Positions 50,119 to 59,011 of a DNA stretch of 59,011 bases are shown here, piece after piece (within the stretch, counting starts at the first letter, position 1; the number at the start of each line of letters is the position of its first letter). Location of the stretch: positions 1 through 59,011 of the forward strand of contig JAHBMJ010000021.1 in NCBI GenBank assembly GCA_018398765.1, written 5' to 3'. Under the pieces are notes generated by a model, which was not told the DNA's origin, did no database searches, and worked only from the letters and a program-made list of their open reading frames with translations. The position numbers were made by a program, and so were the translations under genes. This DNA is from Chromera velia (taxonomy: Eukaryota).

Positions 50119-51769
50119 ATAACTGACTGTACTGACAATTGAAACTTTTGTACTAGAAAGTGACTTTTAATTTTCTATGTATCACACTAAATTTTATATA
50201 AAAAACTAAGTCTTTAAAGCATTTAGAATGATTCTATTTATTGTTTTTTACCTGCATGAAAGTATGAACAACTTTTAAAGATAAGGTTTAATGGGTTTGT
50301 GGTGTGTAAGTTGGAAATTGTTGGACGTGAGTGAGGTGAAAGAGTTATAGTATGTTGATATATCGGAGAGTGATTGCAGACTCTGCAGGCATGTGACAAT
50401 GCGCAGTGTAATATACAAACAAGCTAACTTTTACTTCTAATGGAATACGCCGAATTCGCACACTGATGTAAGGAGGGAGCATACAGCGGGCAACCCCCAT
50501 GAAAGGTAAGAATGAATGTCCGCAAACAGATCTGCCGATTTGACACCCACAGAAAGCAGTTCAACCAAACAAATGTTGAGCACTATGACTGTGCAAGAGG
50601 TAAATGCTTAGCTTCTGAAAGCCTGATCGATCGATGGCCTCTAGCCAGAGGGCCTTGCCCACGACCAGCCATCATAGCGTTCTTGTTTTTTCTGGGTGAG
50701 GCCCGGCACTGGCCACTGGGTCTTAGTCCACCCAGGAGCCCTACCTTCAAATTCTTATGCAAACAAGAGCTGCGCCTCACTCCCACAACTTCAGATCACC
50801 CGAGATTACCAGCCGGAATGCTTCCTCACGAAACGCAAGCACCGACAAACGGTCCTCTGAGAAAGGCTCAGTCTGACCTGCAGCACAGATATGCAAAAAT
50901 TCATAAAGTGGCTCACCTTCTGGCCACCCAGAGCTGGCCCCCTCATCCAGAAAGCCTTTCCAACTCCTCATCTAGAGCTTGTTAGAGCGCACGCATGGAA
51001 AGGATTCAATAGAAGCTTTACTGGGGTAACTTTGTAGGCCCCTTTGCATGGAGACGGGCCGTGCCCTTCGTGATGGAAGATCGAAATTGCCCTCTCAGGG
51101 CAACCAGTAGAGTGAATGTCATAAACCTAAGAAAAAGCAAAGAAGCCAATCCTCTGGGCTTTCGATAAAGCCTACTTTCATCGCTGGAGAGCAAGTCTGT
51201 GTGATGGGAGAGAGGCAGCACTAGGTCATGCTCTGATCGACTTGAAACACTCGACGGAAAGCCGATTTTACGAGCCGATTTTAGATCAGCCAACCATGTG
51301 ACGGCCTCGGAAGGCAAGCTACGCGTTGCAAGCCAGGGCCTGGCCAGCCACCAAGGCCAAAAAGCACTTCCCGGCTGCGCGCTGATCTATCAAAAATTTA
51401 ATTCAAAATGCCGATCTGAAAAATTCTCAGTCAGGTCTTCAGAAAGTTCTCCTCCAGTCAGAAAGTCGGGTCAACAGAATGGACCTCTATCCACAAAATC
51501 TCGTTGTCAAGCATTCCATTGAATTATATTGGAAAGCTTGACAACGACGAAATCGTGTTCAGCTTGTTGTTCCAGAACCTCATTTTTGGAGGGGTTACAG
51601 ATTCCAGAGTTTTTTCCCCCTCCGGTATCTGTGTTGGCTGGACACCTCTAGTTGCTCGTGAGAGTGGTTGCCTCGGTGCAAAGGAGTTGTACAACAACTA
51701 GAAGGGTTGGCGAACTGGTTTGGATCGCTCAATTAGGTCAGTTCGTTTTGTGTCGTTCCACCAGTAATA

Positions 51770-52087
51770 GGGGGGGGTGGACCCTCTCGCAGGGGTACGA
51801 AGCGGGCCAATTTGGTACTCCTGGTGGAGGGGGGGGGTCCGACCTGCTCTACAGCTTTGCGTCCAAAATATGTCTAGGAGTGTTGGGGTACGAAGCGGGC
51901 CAATTTGGTACCCTTGGTGGAGGGGGGGGGTCCGACCTGCTCTGCAGGTTTGCATCCAAAATGTGTTGAGGAAACACTCCTAGACATATTTTGGATGCAA
52001 ACCTGTAGAGCAGGTCGGACCCCCCCCCTTCACCAAGGGTACCAAATTGGCCTGCTTCGTACCCCTACGAGAGGGTCCACCCCCCCC
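51770..52087. mobile_element. GC-rich foldback/MITE with ~115-bp inverted arms and a third internal tandem copy
   Basis: GGGGGTGGACCCTCTCG..GGGGTACGAAGC..GGTCCGACCTGCTCT..CTAGGAGTGTT, a direct copy from 51885 and the reverse complement at ~51973-52087. Confidence 0.8.
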
Positions 52088-52444
52088 TCCCAATGAGGGA
52101 ATTGAAAAAATCTTATTTGCAGAGATGAGCCTTCTTGGTGTATGCAAAAGGCTTTGTACGATGCCTGTGAGTGTTCCTATGTGGCTGCAACCTGGCCATT
52201 ATGGTTTCTGAATGACTGACTGGTCTGCCCTCGGCAAGGCACAAAACTGCCGTCTCCCTTTGCGTGTGTTGTTCACCCCTGCCCCCTCCTCTGCTCTTTG
52301 CAGGTCGTGGGTCTCCTCCAGGAGATGCTTGTTTTGTGTCCCAGTCCTTCCTCAACTCCTCCAGAGGTAGGTCTTTGCAATTTCCTTAAGGCCGCAGTCT
52401 TCAGACTGCGAAAGGGAGTAGCGCCCCTACGTGCTGAGGCTATG

Positions 52445-53190
52445 TTTTTTTCTACCTGCCTGACTGCCTCCAAAATTTCGCCCTTCTTGCCTGCTTGACT
52501 GCCCTCTAGCTTTCGGCCTTTCTGTCTGGCTAAATGCCTTCCCAATTTCGGCTTTTCCGCCTGCTCTATTGCCTTCTTAATTTTGGCTTTCGCCGCGCTC
52601 CCAATTTCGGTTTTCCTGCCTGCCTGATTGCCTTCCCAATTTCGGCCTTCTTGCCTGCTTGACTGCCTTCCAGAGTTTTGCATTCCTGCCATGCTGACTG
52701 CTTTCCCATTTCGGCCTTCTTGCCTGCCTGACTGCCCTCCAAATTTCGGTCTTTCTGTCTGCCTCAATGCTTTCCAAATTTTGGCCTTTCTGTCTGCCTG
52801 ACTGACTTCGCAATTTCGGCCTTCTTGCCTGTCCGGTTGGCTTCCCAATTTCAGCTTTCCTGCCTGCCTGATTGCCTTCCCTATTTTGGCCTTCCTTCCT
52901 GCCCAGGTTTCCTCCTAATGCTTCCTAATTTCGGTCATCCTGCTTGCCCGATGGCCTTCCCAATTTTGTTTTTCCTGCTGGCCCGACTGTCTTCCCAAAT
53001 TCGGCCTTCTTGTGTGTCTGACTGCCTCCCAGAGTTCGTTCTTTCTGCCTACATGCCTGCATTCCAATTTCGGTCTTCTTGGCGGCCTGACTGCCTTCCA
53101 ATTTCGGCCTTGCTGGCCGTCTGATTGCCTTCCCGATTTCGGCCTTCCTGCCCGTCCGATTGCTTTCCCAATTTCGGGCTTCCTGATTTT
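52445..53190. repeat. ~35-bp minisatellite, roughly 20 diverged copies
   Basis: Consensus approximately CCAATTTCGGCCTTCTTGCCTGCCTGACTGCCTTC, head-to-tail with no spacers. Confidence 0.9.
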
Positions 53191-53365
53191 ATGTATCATT
53201 CTAATGCAAATTAAAGATACAGGTTATGTTTGCATGCATGCTTTTATGTGTATTTTGGCGATTCGACTGACTTTCTGTTTGTGTGCATGTATTTCTGCAG
53301 GTGGCGTTCACGGGTGTGTATGTTTAATATATACTGAGATGCCCCCCCCCCCCCCCCCCCCCCCC

Positions 53366-53376
53366 NNNNNNNNNNN
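53366..53376. other. Assembly gap after a poly-C run
   Basis: Run of N. Confidence 1.
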
Positions 53377-53736
53377 TCCTACCCCTGACATGCCCACCGT
53401 TGAGCAGTGCTTCGTATGAATTGAAAACAAAACAGTTATGATCATGAGAAGAAATGCTTCCATCAGATCGATTCAGAGCCATTCAGATACATTTCTTAGC
53501 GTTAATTTACGATGATAGGTACCAGACAATTTATGGTTTTGAAAAAATATATACTCTATATATACATTTTTTTATTTCATTTTTTAAACATCTTACTAAG
53601 CTTAAATAGTCTTAAATAAATTATGAAAATCAATTAGTTTAAAGGTTAAACTATCTATTTTAATATTTTAAAAACTAAATTTTTCAAAGTCACTTTCCAG
53701 TACAAAGGTTTCAATTGTTAGTACAGTCAGTTTTAA

Positions 53737-53890
53737 TGTTGGCCTGCAACTCCATGAGATAGAAACCCGCCCGCTCTCTCTGAAAAACAACGTCTACCGT
53801 TCTAGAGCTGAGTGCATCCTGTTGCCTGGCACCTCCAGTACAAAATGTTGTTCTTCCTGCATGGCACACGATCAACCGACGTCTTTGCTT
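53737..53890 (-). pseudogene. N-terminal Zn-ribbon part of the Merlin transposase
   Basis: LYWRCQATGCTQL*NGRRCFSERAGGFLS resembles the Merlin WRC..C...SIR.G.F region. It adjoins LKLSDIIRLVYH across the TTAA site, with one frameshift. Confidence 0.6.
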
Positions 53891-54889
53891 ATACACAGAC
53901 AAGCAGACAGACAGATAGACGGACAAACAGACAGACAGACACACAGACAGACACACAGACAGACGGGCAAGCAAACCAGCCAAGAGATAAGCAGAAACAA
54001 ACAACGAGGCAAATAAATAGGATCAGGATAGATAGAGAGACAGACAGATAGACAGACAGACAGTCAGTTAGGCAGATACACAGACAAACAGACAGGCATA
54101 CACACAGATACACAGACGACTAACTGACGTCTCCGTTCTTTTTATTAAGGCTGCTGCTTTGGTGCCTGAAGTTATTTTAGGATTGCAGGAAACTTTCTGT
54201 CCATAGTGGAGGCCGATGGAGAAACAGTCAGACAGACAGACGGACAGGCAGATAGACAGCCAAACAGATAGACAGACACACTGGGACACGCAGACAGACA
54301 AACGGAAAAGCCAGACAAACCGAGAGGCGAACACACACACAGACCGAACAGGCACACAGATATAAAACCATACAAACAGACACAGACAGAAAAATAGATA
54401 GAAACAGATAGGCAGACAGAGAGACAGACAGACAGATAGACAGACAGATTGATAGACAGACAGATAGACAGACAGAGACAGACAGACAGACAGACAGACC
54501 TCAAGACAGACACACAGACGGACAGATAGACAGACAAACAGACAGACAGACAGACAGGCACACAGACGGAGAGACAGACGGACAGCCAGCCAGACAGACA
54601 GACAAGCAGGCACACAGATATATACACAAACAACCGATGTCTCTGTTTTTTTAATTAATGCTGCTGCTTTGGTACCTGAATTTATTTTGGGATTGGAAAC
54701 TTTCTGTCCATAGTGGAGGCCGTACAGACAGACAGTTAGTCAGACAGACGGACGGACAGACAGGCAGATAGACAGACAATCAGACAGACAAAAACACTCA
54801 GACAGACAGACAGATAGACAGACAGATTGATAGACAGACAGACAGACAGACAGAGACAGACAGACCCCAAAACAGACACACAGACGGAC

Positions 54890-54926
<37 letters not shown>

Positions 54927-55545
54927 GGCACACAGACGGAGAGACAGACAGATAGCCAGCCAGCCAGACAGACAAGCAGGCATACAGATATATACACAAA
55001 CAACCGACGTCTCTGTTTTTTTAATTAATGCTGCTGCTTTGGTACCTGAATTTATTTTGGGATTCGAAACTTTCTGTCCATAGTGGAGGTCGTACAGACA
55101 GACAGTCAGTCAGACAGACGGACGGACAGACAGGCAGATAAACAGACAATCAGACAGATAGAAACACTCAGACAGACAGACAGACAGACAGACAGATAGA
55201 CAGACACATAGGCAGACAGACAGACGGGCACGCAGACAGACAGAACAGACATATAGACATAAAATCATACAGATAGAAACAGACACACGAACAGACAAGA
55301 ACGGATACACAGCAGACAGACAGATTGACAGACATGCAGACAGACAAACAAACAAACAGACGGAGACGGTACATATACAGACAGGAACAGAGACACGCCA
55401 ACCAGACATTAAGAAATGGCACAACTCTTTCCGCAACGACACACAATGCACGAACATCTCCGTTTTTTTTTTCTTAATGCTGCTGCTTTGTTATCTGAAT
55501 ATATTGTGGGAGTGGAATAAACCTTTGTCTATAGTGGAGGCCGAA
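53890..55545. repeat. Tandem array of four ~90-bp units separated by degenerate (CAGA)n tracts
   Basis: ...GCTGCTGCTTTGGT.CCTGAA...AAACTTTCTGTCCATAGTGGAGG at ~54126, ~54636, ~55006 and ~55455. Confidence 0.9.
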
Positions 55546-57329
55546 TTTACTTCGCGAACAGTGGAAACAGTTGACTGTATCGTTGAGACGGAAGCTAGTG
55601 TGCGACGGGAACCGTAATCAGAGACGGGAAGTGAAATTGAGCTGCCTGTTACTGAACTGATTGGAAACGAACAAAGAAACGACAGACTTGAACCATGACA
55701 GCCGGCGTCCGCATCCAGGACAGACCGGACGAGTCCCATCTCCTCCAATCAGAAGGTTCTTTTCTGCTGTAAACGTTCGTGCGGATTCCTCAGACCCGCA
55801 AATAGCAGATATTTCTTTCTTCAAAGGTAATGAACCAGTTGGTTGACATGAACGCATTGAGCCGTTAAGGGAGACAAAGACGGTTTGATGAGGTTGGCAT
55901 CTGAGTCGAAGACAAAACGTAAATGAGGTCAACTGAAGCGAGACAGATGTAAAAAGACTGTCGATAACGTGTGCCGTCTTGTAGGTTGTTTGTCTCGGTG
56001 AACGTACTAGCTGAATTCTGGTATTAGCTGAATTCTAGTAAGGTTACAAGTCACTGACAGAAAGAGGAAGGTCAGACAGTAAATCCATAAACAAATGCAT
56101 GCAATTTTTAAAATACGTTTGTGCGTGCATCGGGTGGTTTGTGTAAGAGCCCCACAAACGAGCTAGCAACCATACTGCTCTTCAGCCTCTTATCCGACAG
56201 ACCATCTGGCCACCCAAGCTCCCTTATTGCCAGAAGGGCCTGAAGCGTCAGAAATGTCTACAGAAACGTTGTAGGGAAGGTCTCCGGCAAAGGGGTACTC
56301 ATTCTGACTCAGACAGGGAGCAACAAGTCTGAGCAACACTGCATGAACAACACTTGAAAAATAAAGTGAAAACACATTATATAATTGAGGTTTCTTTCAA
56401 ACGGGATGCTGATCAACCAACCCCAGTGGTGTGTTACAGCAATCAATACACTTGATTAGAAGTCTTTCCCCCTTCAGGGGCAAGGTCACACGACATCTCT
56501 TTCCACCGGCTCTCTTATGAATGGCTATGTCCAAATCTCCAGATGTTTCCACATTTTGTCGTGCACTTCAATCACTAAGCTGTACATGCGCATTGTGCAC
56601 AAATTTTTCGGTGTGCCCAGATTCTGGTTACAACTCACGGGCGGGCCGCTGGCCGCTAAAAAATCATCATACATCGATCGAATCTAAAAAAAAAGGTGCT
56701 GAAGTATCCTGAACAAGTGGGTAGAAGAAGTCACTCTATGGTCAGGGACAATATGCACGCATTTATACATATTCTCACTATACTAATATAATATCATGTA
56801 TTACTACAGTGTTGGCATATTAGTTACCACAATAAATGACTACAAACCAAAAATAGACCAACACTCTTCATGCAGGTCTAATTTAGTTTCCGTATGCTAC
56901 CGTAAGCTTACTTATATCTTACTTATACAAAAAAGACTCAAACAATATCATGTCAGTAGATTATAGCAGATGTAAGACAAAGTGTCACAAGTTATAGCAA
57001 GTTCAAATTAATGGTCGTTCTCTCCTATATTTGAGTATACAACCATCTCAATTAAATTTACTATCTTTATATTGATATTCTAGAAAAAAATACAAAAAAA
57101 AACTAGAAGTAAGAACAAACAAATACACTGACACATTGCTTTTACTTCAATTAACTGTGATCGATTCAGAAGAATCACAACTAGATTCACAGCTGTGTAT
57201 TAGTGTGTATCAGTGTGTACATCAGTACTCCAATTTAATGAAATGGAGCCACGACAAGTTAGACACCGAGTTCGAGACGATGAAATATCAGATGGCAGAG
57301 GCTGAGTCCTTCACTGAGAGAACGCGACT

Positions 57330-58822
57330 CGTTGAGGAGAATGTTCACGAGCTGACCGGCCTGCAGGCATGTTCGTTCGTTCACGCATCAACATAGAGAT
57401 ACAGCAAGCCTCACATGCACATGTCTCCACAACTTCATTCACGTTTGTGACCTCCACAAAGACTTCTCAAGGAGAGTCTGCCTGCTTCATGCTCTTTTTT
57501 TGGCTCCTTCGGTGACTACGTTGTGAAATAACTCGTGCAGAGGGAGACGAGACCAGGCTTAGACACAAAACCAACACAATGATGGACAAGATCACCGAAT
57601 GGAGGAATCAACAAGAGACACCTCTTTCAGCAGGAGAATTCCATCTGAGGAAGAGACGATCGATTCCAATTGATTCGCGGAAGAGGTCATTGCACGATTA
57701 AAGTATTGAATAAGGACTTTCTTGCAAAGCCATGTCAAAGAAGGAGAGAAGGAAAAAGAGGCTGTGAAGGGAAGCGCTTGCGAATTCACTGAGCGGGCAG
57801 ACAGACGGCAGTGATGCCATCCAACCGCAAGACTTGTGTCAACAGAGCTCGCCAAATCGGCAGTCAGATACGGGCGGCCGTACAAAAAGAAATGAAAGAA
57901 AACCAATCGATAAAGAAGCAGACACAGACAGACAGAGCCAAGAGACGAGGTTGAGACTGACTCATTTGTTTTCTTTTCTCTGAGGCAACTGAAAATATGC
58001 AAAACCTATCGAATACAAACCTTGTGACCTACTCACCGTGACTCCCTTCTTCTCGCACATCTCTCTAAGGGCCCTGAGGTCTGTGCGTTCGGGTAGTCCC
58101 TTTAGCTGCCCCGCCTCTGCTCCCCCCTTCCTTTCTCTCTCTGATCCTGCACTTTCTGGCCGAGCAACTCCACCAGAGGGAGACGTCTCCGGAAAGACCA
58201 GAGACAGCGGGCGCCCTGCCACTGAGGCAGCCACCCAAAGGAGAAGAGTGCGCAGCTCGATCACGCCCCCGGTGCCCCCTCCCAGCAGCCCGTGCTTTTT
58301 GTCCGACCCCAAAGAAGCCAAGACAGAACGCGGTCTCTCTGCCTTCACTGTCTCGTCTGAATCCCAAACAGGCGCGTTCCATGACGCCCTCACAGCAGGG
58401 AGAGACTTGTCGACTTGCCTGGGACTCTGGACACGATTTACGGTTTCCACATGGGGTTCTCTTCTGGACTTGTCTGCTCTGCTCTTTGTGGTTTCTGCTG
58501 GGGCTTCGGCGTGTTCTTCCGCAGAGGGGGCGAGAGACTCAGCCATAGACTGGCCTAGGCTGGGCAGTGTAGTGCCCGAGGGGGCGCGTACAGAAGCAGT
58601 GACCGCCTGAGACAGACCTAGGACACCAATGGACTTCGCTGAGCTTTCTTTCGCCTTTTGTTTTGTTTGGTGCTCTGCTGGGGCTTTTCCGCTTGCCTGT
58701 GCGTCTCTGAGCCCCTTCAAACCAAGTGCGGGGTTCAGAGAGAGGAACAGTCGGTTCAGTTCGGACACAATCTCATTCGGCTGCATTGAGTTGAGGCACG
58801 CATGGGGAAGGGAAACAGTTGG
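57330..58822 (-). CDS. 3' exons of a hypothetical protein gene extending beyond the right edge
   Basis: Open exon 58822-58037 (TTCAG acceptor, GTGAGT donor), Ser/Ala/Glu-rich, ending [15 protein letters not shown] further coding-like block lies at ~57720-57595 and a (TG)n intron upstream. The 3' end is uncertain. Confidence 0.55.
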
Positions 58823-58892
58823 CTGAATGATGTCTTTCTTTCGATACGGTCTCTCTGCCGCACCTTGTTATACGGAGCACAGTCACACACAT

Positions 58893-59011
<119 letters not shown>

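Larger units (their letters stand above)
50119..53732. mobile_element. 3.6-kb TIR element with TTAA target duplication; superfamily unresolved (Kolobok- or piggyBac-type target)
   Basis: ~46-bp TIR AACTGACTGTACT(G/A)ACAATTGAAAC(T/C)TTTGTACT(A/G)GAAAGTGACTT at 50121 and ending 53732. TTAA at 50115-50118 and 53733-53736. It interrupts the Merlin coding sequence. Confidence 0.8.

Noticed and set aside
52445..53190. 35-bp periodic array as a CRISPR array
   Set aside because: Units are contiguous and diverged throughout, with no unique spacers and no cas genes; the context is eukaryotic.
48010..56760. GGTCCC at ~48016 and GGGAC at ~56745 as Merlin TIRs
   Set aside because: The match is too short and there is no 8-9-bp TSD.

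Overview
Eukaryotic, intron-rich genomic window. Microsatellite-filled GT-AG introns, an apicomplexan-like P/U cyclin and TGCATGCA motifs suggest a chromerid/alveolate such as Chromera; this is inference. The core (19.1-30.5 kb) holds two apparently intact head-to-head genes: a 14-exon mitochondrial elongation factor G (- strand) and a 7-exon PHO80-like cyclin (+ strand). Both flanks are dense in nested, decayed mobile elements. On the left, an APE/RT LINE is split by a hAT deletion derivative (8-bp TSD) that carries a MYND-finger gene and a foldback MITE. On the right, an intron-containing Merlin/IS1595-type transposase is split by a 3.6-kb TTAA-flanked TIR element. There are also two CACGG-ended TIR elements, several microsatellite-embedded MITEs, ankyrin-repeat pseudogenes and two divergent unknown pseudogenes. 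The most notable signals are (1) a pervasive C>T/G>A, CpA/TpG-biased, RIP-like mutation pattern in repeats, (2) gene capture by a hAT element, and (3) splice-junction duplications in two cyclin introns that share the same short filler motif. Exon structures and alignments were read by eye.
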